Notes: generated by a model from the letters alone, not told the origin. A stretch of DNA of 64,000 nt from Alkalispirochaeta sp. (GCA_965601925.1 OZ271854.1:3840001-3904000), one strand, 5' to 3'; shown: positions 28,370-38,076, numbered from the stretch's first letter. A program made the numbers and translations.

Positions 28370-29172
28370 TGGCCGATTCTACACCGAATGCCGACGAACA
28401 ACGGCACGTCCTCCAAGAGTATCTCGATGCCGCGAGAGAGTTCGCCCGCGTCGGAGGCGCGGTCAGCCTCGGATGGTTTCGCGCCGATGCCCTCGAGGTC
28501 GAACGGAAAGCCGACGATTCGCCGGTGACCGTTGCCGACCGCCGAACTGAGGAGGCGATGCGCGAGGCGATACAACGACGCTTTCCGGACCACGCAATCG
28601 TCGGAGAGGAGTTCGGCGGCGAGCTGGGAGCGAGCCGTTACCAGTGGGTGATCGATCCCATCGACGGCACCAAGACATTCGTCCGGGGCGTTCCGCTCTA
28701 TACGACGCTCGTCGCCCTCGTTGTCGACGGAAAGCCGACTATCGGAGTGATTTACTGTCCTCCTACCGGCGAGATGGCCTCTGCGGCGGTCGGTTGCGGA
28801 GCGTGGGACGAACGAGGACGACGCATACACGTCTCCGGTACGACACGCCTGGACGAGGCGTGGTTTTTCTCGACCGATCCCGCCGATTTGCTGCGACGCC
28901 ACCCGGAGTGGGGACATGCGCTCCTATCGCGAAGTGCCGCAGTGCGAACGTGGGCCGACGCATACGGATATCTACTCCTCGCCCGTGGTGACGCCGATCT
29001 CATGTTCGATCCGATTATGAGCCCCTGGGATATCGCACCGCTCTCGGTGATCGTTAGAGAAGCGGGTGGTGTCTTCACCGATGATACGGGCGCGCATAAC
29101 GATTTAGGTGCCTCGGCGCTCTGCGCGTCCAGCCGTGCCCTCCACGACGCGGCATTGCGCCTGCGCCGCTGA
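28369..29172 (+). CDS. hisN: Inositol monophosphatase family protein, probable histidinol-phosphatase HisN
   Basis: SPVTVADR, GEE, WVIDPIDGT, WDIAP; substrate is inferred. Confidence 0.75.
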   Translation: MADSTPNADEQRHVLQEYLDAAREFARVGGAVSLGWFRADALEVERKADDSPVTVADRRTEEAMREAIQRRFPDHAIVGEEFGGELGASRYQWVIDPIDGTKTFVRGVPLYTTLVALVVDGKPTIGVIYCPPTGEMASAAVGCGAWDERGRRIHVSGTTRLDEAWFFSTDPADLLRRHPEWGHALLSRSAAVRTWADAYGYLLLARGDADLMFDPIMSPWDIAPLSVIVREAGGVFTDDTGAHNDLGASALCASSRALHDAALRLRR

Positions 29173-29189
29173 CGGATATCCCGCGTCTC

Positions 29190-29219
29190 TTGACGTCGTT
29201 GAGCGAAGCTCACTATCAT
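29190..29219 (+). promoter_or_regulatory. Putative sigma70 promoter of ssrA
   Basis: TTGACG-18 nt-TATCAT just upstream of the tmRNA 5' end. Confidence 0.5.
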
Positions 29220-29231
29220 TATGAGATGCTC

Positions 29232-29586
29232 GGGGGTGTTCCGGATTCGACTGGGGCTACATTGAGCGGTACGTGGCAGGTGGAGCGTCATCTCCTGATT
29301 GACACCTTTTTATCTGCCAACGAAGCAGACTATCTTCCTGTTGCTGCGTAAGTAGTATAATAGGACGGGCGCGCGGGGCGCGGTTCTGAGCCTCGCGTAG
29401 CTTGACAGAAACCAGGACTTACCGCCGGCTCTTTCCGGCGTGTCGGTGGGACATCAAAAGTCGGAATCGGGCGGCGATTGGCCCGTTTGGCCGCCGAAAT
29501 CGCCGCCGACACTGTAAGGCTGAACTAAGCCTGTAGAAGCGTATCGCCGGTACCTTAGGACAGGGGTTCGACTCCCCTCACCTCCA
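29232..29586 (+). ncRNA. ssrA: tmRNA
   Basis: 5' GGGGGTG..GGATTCGAC; 3' T-arm AGGGGTTCGACTCCCCT then CACCTCCA; G3:U70 alanine determinant; tag reading frame 29316-29351 = ANEADYLPVAA*; close to smpB. Confidence 0.96.
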
Positions 29587-29594
29587 CGTTTCGT

Positions 29595-29629
29595 AGCGCT
29601 GTAGAACAGAACCTGCAGCGCTTTTTTTT
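29595..29629 (+). terminator. Intrinsic terminator of ssrA
   Basis: AGCGCTGTAG-loop-CTGCAGCGCT followed by a T run. Confidence 0.8.
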
Positions 29630-29788
29630 GTCGTGCGAGAAGCCGGCTCAAAGGGCCTCTTCTGTTTTGTAACCAACGCATAACATTATGTCGGTGCCAT
29701 TACTGAAACCACGAGCCTGAGAGGCTGCCGCCGCCGAGTTATCATCCGGTCGATATAGACCCAAATACATTCTACTCCCTTACCAAGA

Positions 29789-30592
29789 CTATCGTGTCGG
29801 CGGTGTGGGATCTGGCGGACGTCTCGTGGTAAATACTCCGCTACCATCTGAGATAGGACAATTTTGAAAGTCCTTTGCGAAGTAGAATCGCGTGGCATTT
29901 TTGGCTGACAAACCGTTGAAATCTGCTACGGTTTTGCAATCGATCTCGCTATCTTCGAACCCGGCTGCAAGAATAACGTGTGGGAAAACGGGTAGGATCA
30001 AATGATCATCGTAATGATCAGCTACGATGAACTGACCGCTCGACGCGGTCAGCCTTCCCCACTTCTGGTCTCGCAGTGTCAAGGACTGCTGCATTATCGC
30101 AACTTGTATCTGATCGCCAACAAAAAATCGACTGGGAACTGATCCACCGTCGCGCAAAAAACTTACGCCTGCGACCTCAGCTTTTTCTTCTTGATCTTTA
30201 CTCAAATCAGAAACAGAGTGATCAAAACCTACGAGGGGAGTATCGTCTTTTATTTTCTGATCAAAGTGATATCGCCATTTCAAGAGTAACCAATACTCTG
30301 TGACTGTTAGGTGATCTCAAAGCTTGAAGTCAGTCCAATTACTTGTTTCCTCCAAGAACTTGTCTTCAATCGACTTCGCATAGCCGCCCTCTGACCGTTG
30401 GTCCCAAACTCTCTTGGTAAAGAAAATGCGTTCTCGAGGGCCGCGTGTTTGCACCTTGCCAGAATCCCTGTAGCGAACCTGAACTTTTCCGTTCTGGCCG
30501 CAGAAACGACTGATCGTGGCGGCCATGTGAATGTGTTGGTTGACAGTAATCTGATTGGGATTACTTTGCTGCGTTTTTTCGTAATCTGACAT
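29789..30592 (-). pseudogene. DUF4238-like protein interrupted by one in-frame TGA at 30317-30319
   Basis: Track ORFs 30317..30592 and 29789..30283 are in the same frame and read ...WTDFKL*DHLTVTEYWLLLKWRY...; N-terminal NQH motif; family call is from recall. Confidence 0.65.
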
Positions 30593-30689
30593 GTTTGTTC
30601 ATGTGCTACTACTCGATCACCACGCAGGCGGATAGTCGGGTGGCAACGCGATTTCAGGCGCTCCTCCCGCCAAGCATTGGTGCACCACC

Positions 30690-30945
30690 TCCCTCTCCCC
30701 ACCGATCCACCAAGCGGCCCCGGGTACGAAGGTTCACGCGCGTGGGATGATGGTGGCGATGAGCACGACTTCTGGCCCGGAGGGCCTGCTGAGTGCTCGG
30801 CGACACCGTCGTCCCGCTTCCCTTTCCCCCACAGTCCACAAAGCGGTGTCGGGCGCGGGAGCTGCCTCAGGAGGTGGGTGGTGGTGGCGGACGCGGCTTC
30901 TGACCCGCAGGGTCTGCATGAGCGTCCGCCGCCGCCGCCCGCGCT
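30690..30945 (+). repeat. Two diverged ~130-nt tandem units, each with a long hairpin
   Basis: Units share CCCTyTCCCC..TCCACnAAGCGG..CGGG..GTGGG-stem..CTTCT-GRCCC-GSA-GGGYC-TGC..TGA-stem; hairpins at 30742-30817 and 30874-30942. Confidence 0.8.
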
Positions 30946-30981
30946 CGTGGTTATCACACCCACCCTCGAGCACGCACCGTA

Positions 30982-32538
30982 CTATTCCCATTCGATCGTC
31001 GCCGGCGGCTTTCCTGAGTAGTCGTAGACGACGCGACCCACCTGAGGAACTCTGTTGGTTATTGCCGCCGCGACGTTCCGTAGAAACTCCGGCTTGAAGT
31101 CGTATACGTCGGCGGTCATACCGTCGCGCGAGACGACCGCCCGCAGTGCGATGACGTCGCCGTACGCTCGGCTGTCTCCGGCAACGCCCACCGACCGAAT
31201 CGGCAGGAGGACCGAGAGGGCTTGCCATATCTCGTCGTACAGACCGGCGTCGCGAAGTGCTTGGATGAAGATCGCGTCCGCCTCGCGCAGTATCGCGCAC
31301 CGCTCCCTCGTAACCTCCCCCAGGATTCGCACCCCCAGTCCGGGACCCGGGAAGGGGTGACGTCCGACGATGGTGCGAGGAAGACCGAGCACCGCGCCGA
31401 GTTCGCGTACCTCGTCTTTGTACAGTGCGGAGAGCGGCTCGACGATGCTGCCGGCTTCGCGTTTGGCCTGTACCAGGGGACTCGCGACGTTATGATGGCT
31501 CTTTATTTTCGCCGCGTGATTACCTACGCCGTGACCGCTCTCGATCAGGTCGGTATACAGCGTCCCCTGCGCCAGATAGTACTCGCCGTCCAGGCGTGTG
31601 GCGATCTCGCGTTCCTGCACCCGAATGAAGAGATCGCCTATGATAGTGCGCTTCTCCTCAGGATCGGTAACGCCCGCCAGCGCATCGAGAAACTCGTCTT
31701 CGGCGTCAATGAGGTAAAGATTGCGCGCTCCCAACGTGCGTAGCGCTGCGCCGATCTCTTCGGATTCGTTTTTTCGCATGAGACCGGTATCGATGTACAT
31801 CAGATGAATCCGGTCGGGGTCGAGAGCGGAGAGGAGCAACGCGGCTACGACCGATGAGTCGACGCCTCCCGAAATGAGGAGCAGCACGGGAGTCGAGCCG
31901 ACGCGACGACGAGTCTCCTCCTCCAGCTCCCCTCGATAGTCGGCGACCGACCACTGCCGTCGCGCACCGCATACGCGGGTTGCGAAGTTATCAAGAATGA
32001 CCGATCCGTGCTCTGTGTGACTCACCTCGGGGTGAAACTGGAGTCCCGCGAAGTTCAGGGCCGGCACCGAGATGACGGCGGGAACACCGTGGGTCGTGGC
32101 GGCGACCTCGCGACCTCCCTCGGGAAGGCGACGGATCGCGTCGCTATGGCTCATCCACGACAAAAAGGTGTTGCCCAGTCCGTCAAGGAGCGGATGCCGT
32201 GTGACGACGTCGATCGGCGCCGGACCGTACTCCCGCATGTGCGAGGAGGCTACCTCTCCGCCGCCCAGATACGCCGTTACCTGGAGACCGTAACAGATAC
32301 CGAGAAGCGGTAGTCCCGACCGATAGATCGCGGGGTCGGGGCGTGGTGAGTCGACGTCGTGGACCGAGGCGGGAGATCCCGAGAGAATGATTCCCTTGAC
32401 GGTCTTGTCGAACCATTCGGTCATACGGGTCGTTCCGGGGACTATTTCTGCGTATACACCGCGCTCGCGTATCCGGCGGCCGATGAGATGTGTCGTCTGA
32501 CTGCCGAAGTCGAGGATTACGAGGCGATCGATCGTCAT
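30982..32538 (-). CDS. guaA: GMP synthase (glutamine-hydrolysing)
   Basis: ILDFGSQ, LGICYG, QFHPEV, SGGVDSS, IKSHHNV, KPPATIEWE. Confidence 0.98.
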   Translation of the reverse strand: MTIDRLVILDFGSQTTHLIGRRIRERGVYAEIVPGTTRMTEWFDKTVKGIILSGSPASVHDVDSPRPDPAIYRSGLPLLGICYGLQVTAYLGGGEVASSHMREYGPAPIDVVTRHPLLDGLGNTFLSWMSHSDAIRRLPEGGREVAATTHGVPAVISVPALNFAGLQFHPEVSHTEHGSVILDNFATRVCGARRQWSVADYRGELEEETRRRVGSTPVLLLISGGVDSSVVAALLLSALDPDRIHLMYIDTGLMRKNESEEIGAALRTLGARNLYLIDAEDEFLDALAGVTDPEEKRTIIGDLFIRVQEREIATRLDGEYYLAQGTLYTDLIESGHGVGNHAAKIKSHHNVASPLVQAKREAGSIVEPLSALYKDEVRELGAVLGLPRTIVGRHPFPGPGLGVRILGEVTRERCAILREADAIFIQALRDAGLYDEIWQALSVLLPIRSVGVAGDSRAYGDVIALRAVVSRDGMTADVYDFKPEFLRNVAAAITNRVPQVGRVVYDYSGKPPATIEWE

Positions 32539-33779
32539 CGAGTCTTACTCCAGAGATCGCTGCGGACGATCGTCTGTTTTCGCTCGTAACCCACGGAGAC
32601 GATGTCGATCGGCACTCCGACGTACGATTCTATGAAGGCGATATAGTCTTTTGCCGCCTTGGGTAACTCGTCGAAGCGTTCGACCCCGCCGATCGATTGC
32701 TTCCATCCGACGAAGCGGCGCGTCACCGGGCGAGCGCGTTCGAGCGTCTGAATCGACGAGGGGAAGTAGTCCAGCGTCGCCTCGTCGGTCTCGTAGGCGA
32801 TACAGACGCGCACCTCCTCAAGGTTATCGTACACGTCCAGATGCGTGAGGGCCAACGCATCGATCCCGTTTGTCTGACACGCGTACCGAAGGGCGACTAA
32901 ATCGAGATACCCCACGCGTCGCGGTCGACCGGTCGTCACACCGTACTCGCGTCCCGTTTCGCGGATATAGTGTTCCAGATCCCCGTCTCGGCGCGGGTCG
33001 AACTCGCTCGGAAAAGGTCCGTTTCCCACACGGGTGCTGTAGGCCTTACATACGCCGACGACGTGATCGAGGTTCCGCGGACCGAGTCCCGAGCCGCTTG
33101 CGGCTCCCGCCGCGGACGAGCTGCCGCTTGAAACATACGGGTAGGTGCCGACATCTATGTCGAGAAGCGCCCCCTGGGCTCCCTCGAGAAGAACGTGCGT
33201 CGAGTCCGCCTCGCTTCGACCGGTATGCATGAAGGCTGCGACATCGACTGCCATATCGTCGAGGCGCTTGCGGTATCGCGCGATAAACTCTCGGTCCTCC
33301 TCGCTGTGCTCGGCGAGTTGCTCCTGCCACCCGAGATCGGCGATACGAATCCCGTCTCGCAGGGCCTTATGCGCGTATGCAAGGCCGATACCGCGACCGG
33401 TAGTGCCGATCGGATTGCGACGTTGCGTATCGCGTTCCACATCCTCGCGCTTGTGGCTCGGTAGGACCAGATGCGCGCGGTCCGAGATGAGGACTCTGCC
33501 CTCCCACTCGACTCCGCTGTCGACGAGATCGCTCAACTCCTGAAAGAGCGCTTCGGGATCGATGACCATTCCACTACCCAAAACAACGGTCGTATCGGGG
33601 TAGACGATACCCGACGGAACCAGGTGGAGCTTGTAGGTCGTATCGTCGTGGACGATCGTGTGTCCGGCGTTTGCACCGCCGGAAAATCGTACGATGATAT
33701 CTGCCTGGGCGGACAGATAGTCGACAATTTTGCCCTTTCCCTCGTCACCCCATTGCGCACCTATTACGACTACATTCAA
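32535..33779 (-). CDS. purA: Adenylosuccinate synthetase
   Basis: GAQWGDEGKGK, GGANAGHT, EGAQG, EYGVTTGRPRR. Confidence 0.98.
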   Translation of the reverse strand: MNVVVIGAQWGDEGKGKIVDYLSAQADIIVRFSGGANAGHTIVHDDTTYKLHLVPSGIVYPDTTVVLGSGMVIDPEALFQELSDLVDSGVEWEGRVLISDRAHLVLPSHKREDVERDTQRRNPIGTTGRGIGLAYAHKALRDGIRIADLGWQEQLAEHSEEDREFIARYRKRLDDMAVDVAAFMHTGRSEADSTHVLLEGAQGALLDIDVGTYPYVSSGSSSAAGAASGSGLGPRNLDHVVGVCKAYSTRVGNGPFPSEFDPRRDGDLEHYIRETGREYGVTTGRPRRVGYLDLVALRYACQTNGIDALALTHLDVYDNLEEVRVCIAYETDEATLDYFPSSIQTLERARPVTRRFVGWKQSIGGVERFDELPKAAKDYIAFIESYVGVPIDIVSVGYERKQTIVRSDLWSKTR

Positions 33780-33783
33780 ATGT

Positions 33784-35256
33784 TTAGCTCCGGGAGTAGT
33801 TTGTCGGCTGGCGGACCATCGCCACGTCGTGAACGTGACTCTCGGCCAGACCGGCCGGCGTTATCTTAACGAAGTTACGATACCGGCGCAATTCATCGAG
33901 GGTACGGCAGCCGCAGTATCCCATTCCCTTTCGCAGTCCCGTAACGAGTTGGTGAAGGTAGGGCTTGAGCTCACCCTTATACGGGACGCGTCCCTCGATC
34001 CCTTCCGGCACCGGCTCCTCCCCCTCGGCAACGTTGTAGCGGTCCCCCCCGCCCTTTTTCATCGCCGCAACGGAGCCCATGCCGCGATACGACTTGAAGA
34101 TGCGTCCTTCATAGAGGAACTCTTTCCCCGGCGCCTCCTTTAATCCGGCAAAGAGACTGCCGATCATTACCGCGTGGGCGCCCGCCGCGACGGCCTTCGT
34201 GACGTCGCCGGAGAACTTGATGCCGCCGTCGGCGATCACGGGAACCTTATATCGCCGGGCGGCGTCGACGGAGTCCATTACCGCCGACAGCTGAGGCACT
34301 CCGATTCCGGCAACGATACGCGTCGTACAGATCGATCCGGGGCCGACGCCGATCTTTATCATGTCGGCGCCCGCCTTCGCGAGGCGCTCGGTTCCCTCGC
34401 CGGTGGCGACGTTTCCTCCGATCACCGGCAGCTCCGGTCGCAGGCGTTTCACGGCGCGAATCGCCTCTACCACGTTCTTGGAGTTACCGTGCGCCGTGTC
34501 TACCACGACGAAATCGACTCGCGCGTCGACGAGGAGTGCGAGTCGGTCGTCGATATCGACGGGAGCGATCGCAGCGCCGACGAGCAGCCGTCCCGACGCA
34601 TCGGTAGCGGCGTTGGGAAAGAGACGATGTTTCTCCATATCCTTGACCGTAATGAGCCCGGTGAGACGCCCGTCGCTGTCGACGACGGGAAGCTTCTCGA
34701 TTTTGTGCTCGTTGAACTTCTCCTGAGCGCTTTCGATGGTTGGTGTGCCGACCTCTACGACCGGGTTGCGAGTCATGACCTCCTCGACGCGTCGATGTCC
34801 GTCCGGGACGAATCGGAGATCGCGACTGGTGATGATACCGACGAGTCGTTCCCGTTCGATGACCGGCAGACCGGAAATACCGTGAGACTCGACGATCGAT
34901 CGAACCTCGATAATCGTCTGGTCGGGGCCCACGGTGAGCGGATCGTCGATGACCCAATTGAGGTGGCGCTTGACTCGCGTCACCTGCCGTGACTGCTCGT
35001 CCGGCGACATGTTGCGATGAATGACGCCGACGCCTCCTTCGAGCGCCAGAGCGGTCGCGAGTCCCTCCTCGGTGACCGTATCCATCGCTGCGGATATCAC
35101 CGGGATGTTGAGTTTGATGTCGGCTACGAGCTCGACGGAGATGTCGGTTTCTCCCGGAAGGAAATCGGCGTAGCCCGGCTGCAGCAGCACATCGTCGTAG
35201 CTGTATTTTTCTTGTAAGGAGTGCGGTCGACTCTGAGAATTGTCTGTGGCGTCCAT
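33784..35256 (-). CDS. guaB: IMP dehydrogenase with CBS domains
   Basis: [37 protein letters not shown]. Confidence 0.98.
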   Translation of the reverse strand: MDATDNSQSRPHSLQEKYSYDDVLLQPGYADFLPGETDISVELVADIKLNIPVISAAMDTVTEEGLATALALEGGVGVIHRNMSPDEQSRQVTRVKRHLNWVIDDPLTVGPDQTIIEVRSIVESHGISGLPVIERERLVGIITSRDLRFVPDGHRRVEEVMTRNPVVEVGTPTIESAQEKFNEHKIEKLPVVDSDGRLTGLITVKDMEKHRLFPNAATDASGRLLVGAAIAPVDIDDRLALLVDARVDFVVVDTAHGNSKNVVEAIRAVKRLRPELPVIGGNVATGEGTERLAKAGADMIKIGVGPGSICTTRIVAGIGVPQLSAVMDSVDAARRYKVPVIADGGIKFSGDVTKAVAAGAHAVMIGSLFAGLKEAPGKEFLYEGRIFKSYRGMGSVAAMKKGGGDRYNVAEGEEPVPEGIEGRVPYKGELKPYLHQLVTGLRKGMGYCGCRTLDELRRYRNFVKITPAGLAESHVHDVAMVRQPTNYSRS

Positions 35257-35370
35257 GCACCATCATGACCGAAAGAGGGTTCGGTGTCTACGAGAAAACG
35301 CGCCCTTTCCGACTGCCGATACGGGTCGCTATCTTGGCCGACCACGTGAGAACGTGTCATAATTCTTACT

Positions 35371-36942
35371 ATGGTGATGAGAAAGCTCTCCCGATTCGCC
35401 TTCACGCGTCATCGGGCGGCGATTCTGTTCGTGTGTGCAATGATCTACGGTTTGACGAGTTGTAGCGAAGCGGACTCAACCGCGCCGGTCGTTCGGGGGC
35501 GCCATATCGTGCCCGAGGCGGGAAACGGTATCGTCGTGGCGCGCCACGGCACGACCGACCTGTCGATTCAGGATCAGGATGAGAGCGTCGTGCCCAGAGT
35601 GCGCCTCGATGATGATCTCCTGTTCATCAGCGCGCTGGACGTCAATCTCGATATCGACGAGCCGGAGGAGCAGATCGTCGTGGTCAAACGGCGCGACGAC
35701 GCCGAAGATCGCGTGAGCCTACTCATAACCGACTTCGATACGCTGCGTAGCACCTATCGAGTCACATGGGAGGGGACGACGCGTGCCACCAACGTCCGCA
35801 CCTTCGCGGTGTACACCATGGACTTGATTGGTGACCATTTGGACGAAATCGTTACCGTCGGTACCGACGCCGACGGGAATCAGACGATGAATGTCTTCCG
35901 ACGTCGGCAGGCGGGAACGCTCGATCCCGGTTTGGCATATCGTGAGATCTTCACTGCGTCGAGCGACGGAAGTATCGAGATCGACGATCTGCCCCGTTCC
36001 GGTGCGTATCGCACGCTTCAGAGCGACGGTGTCAGCTTTCCCATTCAGGTCTTCGAGCGCAACGAGACGACCGAGACGCCGCTCGATTTGATCCAAACGA
36101 TTTGGGTATGGCGCGTTCCCGAGAATCGGTACGTACGGAGCGAAGTGGTACCCATTCCGGCGATGCAGATCGAGGAGACGCAACTGCGCGAACTCTACAA
36201 CGCCGAGGCCGACGAGATGGAACGCTTTCTCGAGGGTCCGTGGTTTCGTACTACCGGCGAGGATTTAACGGAGCGGGCGGAGCTCGCCTACTTCGATCCC
36301 CAGACGCGGGAGGTGGTCCTGTCTAGAGGCGACACGCAGGAGCGGTTCGAGTGGCTCAACTCGTACAAAACACTCTATGCCGGCGGACCCGGATTGTGGA
36401 TCAATCTACGAAATGAGGTGCTGAGTACCGTGCGCCGACAGCTGTCGATTACCGTGCACGGGCTCGAGACCATCTCACTCTCGGACGACGGAGCCGAATA
36501 TTGGACCGGGCGATACCAACGCATGACTCCCGGCATTCAGTCGAGCGTCGTGCGTGATCACACCCTCGGAACACCGTCCTTTGAGCTATCCGGTGTCTTC
36601 CGGAACGAAAACGACGCCGAACTCCTTTTAAATCGACCCCATTTTCGTCTTCGAACACCCGACTTCGATTGGAGCGGAGGCTTTAACATCATTCAGCTCA
36701 CCGAACCGGTGCTGGAGCTCAAGGTGACGGACGCCGATTCGACCCCGGCGGCGGCGCGTATGCGCAACGACGGTACGTTCAGCGTGCGGTACGCAATGGG
36801 TTATACGGAACAGCGCTCGGAGGAACGGCTGGTCCGACGCCTCGCTCTGGAGCCGGTAGAGCTGACCGCCGACGGGCTGGAACACACCGGCGGTGTCTCG
36901 TTCGTGTTGGAACAGGTCGAGGAGCTCGACGTACAGTCGTAG
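35371..36942 (+). CDS. Lipoprotein, probable pallilysin-related adhesin family
   Basis: Lipobox GLTSC; segments DVNLDIDEPEEQI, DLIGDH and SDGSIEI..GVSFPI resemble the treponemal family as I recall it. Confidence 0.6.
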   Translation: MVMRKLSRFAFTRHRAAILFVCAMIYGLTSCSEADSTAPVVRGRHIVPEAGNGIVVARHGTTDLSIQDQDESVVPRVRLDDDLLFISALDVNLDIDEPEEQIVVVKRRDDAEDRVSLLITDFDTLRSTYRVTWEGTTRATNVRTFAVYTMDLIGDHLDEIVTVGTDADGNQTMNVFRRRQAGTLDPGLAYREIFTASSDGSIEIDDLPRSGAYRTLQSDGVSFPIQVFERNETTETPLDLIQTIWVWRVPENRYVRSEVVPIPAMQIEETQLRELYNAEADEMERFLEGPWFRTTGEDLTERAELAYFDPQTREVVLSRGDTQERFEWLNSYKTLYAGGPGLWINLRNEVLSTVRRQLSITVHGLETISLSDDGAEYWTGRYQRMTPGIQSSVVRDHTLGTPSFELSGVFRNENDAELLLNRPHFRLRTPDFDWSGGFNIIQLTEPVLELKVTDADSTPAAARMRNDGTFSVRYAMGYTEQRSEERLVRRLALEPVELTADGLEHTGGVSFVLEQVEELDVQS

Positions 36943-36968
36943 ACCGATGGCCCGTTCCGCTGTACGAG

Positions 36969-38063
36969 CTACCGGCCGAAGATGAGAAATCCCTCTATGC
37001 CGCGTTCCTTGAGCGTTACGACCAGCTCCTGAGCGTCGTCTACATCGGACTGCGCCGGGAGCGGCACCACCACACGGTAAAATGTGCCGTCATTCGTCTG
37101 AACATCCCGCACCTCCGCTTCGAATCCGAGCGCCGCGATATCCTCGACCATGTAGCGCGCATTTTCGGCGTTACGGAAGCTCCCGGTCTGTATTCCCGCA
37201 ACGTGAGGCGCCGCCGCCTCGTCCGCCGTGGCCGTCTCTGTCGCGGTCCGGGGCGGCTCTGCCGGACGCTCTCGCGTCGGCGTCGCGCCGAATAGTCTCG
37301 AAGGGCTCGGTAGGAAGCGTATTGCGGAGTCCGAACTCTCGTCGATCAGTGCCCGTTCCGGTGAGATCCGAGATGGGTCGCCGAGCAAACGAGCGCTCCA
37401 CTCCTGCACGGCAGGCTCATCGAGCGCCACGGCCAACTCATACAGCAAAAAGAGCGTCTCCGGTTCCACCAGCGACGGATCGGCCGCTTGCTCCGACTGT
37501 GCGTCTGAGGCGTATCCGGCAAGGGCCCGAGCGTGGTTGAATGCGCGCTGTGTCTCGCCTCCCAGGTGGAGGGCTCTGGCGCGTAGTAACGCCGCGCGGC
37601 GCTGCGTCGAGCGATCGGCGGACAGATTTACTACCGCGGTCAGACGCGATACGCTGCCTTCGACGTCGCCCGCCTCGAGTGCGAGCGCCGCGTCCCGAAT
37701 CGCCGCCTCCCAAAGAGTCGGATCTTCATCAAAGGCTCGAGCGTACAACTGTCGCGCCCGCTCGTATCGATTGGTTAACTCGTACACTACGCCGGCGCGA
37801 AGCAGAACAACGCCCCGCTGCCGGTAGTCGGGCACCTGCGGTAGGTACGTGTCGAGAAGATCCGCGGTCTCATTCACCGTCGGCGCGAGTGATATTGCGT
37901 CGGCCAAGACCGTGCCGAACTCCGGGCTGTCGGAGTTTTGGGCGAGCCACCGAACGGCTTGGTCGTAGGTCTCCACGCGTTGCGCCGTGACGGAGGGCGC
38001 CGACAGAGTAATCAGGAGCGGGATCAACATCGTTTCGGTCCAACGCCGTGCGTTCATCCTCAT
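36969..38063 (-). CDS. Exported TPR + SPOR domain protein
   Basis: ATG 38063 has a GGGAG RBS; TPR-like helices; C-terminal SPOR motif IQTGSFRNAENA..YRVVV. Confidence 0.82.
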   Translation of the reverse strand: MRMNARRWTETMLIPLLITLSAPSVTAQRVETYDQAVRWLAQNSDSPEFGTVLADAISLAPTVNETADLLDTYLPQVPDYRQRGVVLLRAGVVYELTNRYERARQLYARAFDEDPTLWEAAIRDAALALEAGDVEGSVSRLTAVVNLSADRSTQRRAALLRARALHLGGETQRAFNHARALAGYASDAQSEQAADPSLVEPETLFLLYELAVALDEPAVQEWSARLLGDPSRISPERALIDESSDSAIRFLPSPSRLFGATPTRERPAEPPRTATETATADEAAAPHVAGIQTGSFRNAENARYMVEDIAALGFEAEVRDVQTNDGTFYRVVVPLPAQSDVDDAQELVVTLKERGIEGFLIFGR

Positions 38064-38076
38064 TGGAACACTCCCA

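Larger units (their letters stand above)
29630..30981. mobile_element. Small horizontally acquired islet or island remnant between the ssrA and guaA 3' ends
   Basis: Lower GC (e.g. 20/60 G+C at 30241-30300), non-core gene, located between two known integration hotspots; no integrase seen. Confidence 0.55.

Noticed and set aside
29678..29745. Possible integron attC site (GCATAAC...GTTATCA) or dif-like site (CGCATAA-CA-TTATGT)
   Set aside because: The inner L boxes pair poorly, no integrase is in the window, and the dif-like spacer is 2 nt instead of 6.
30317..30319. Selenocysteine or genetic-code reassignment at the in-frame TGA
   Set aside because: There is no SECIS-like hairpin or redox motif, and TGA is used as a normal stop by many genes in the window.
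30307..31300. Track ORFs over the hairpin region (218, 188, 116 and 114 aa)
   Set aside because: Low-complexity translations of GC-rich repeats with no RBS or recognisable motif; some overlap guaA.
35257..35370. Purine or ZTP riboswitch upstream of guaB (also checked upstream of folD-purH)
   Set aside because: The short divergent intergenic regions show no recognisable aptamer consensus or expression platform.
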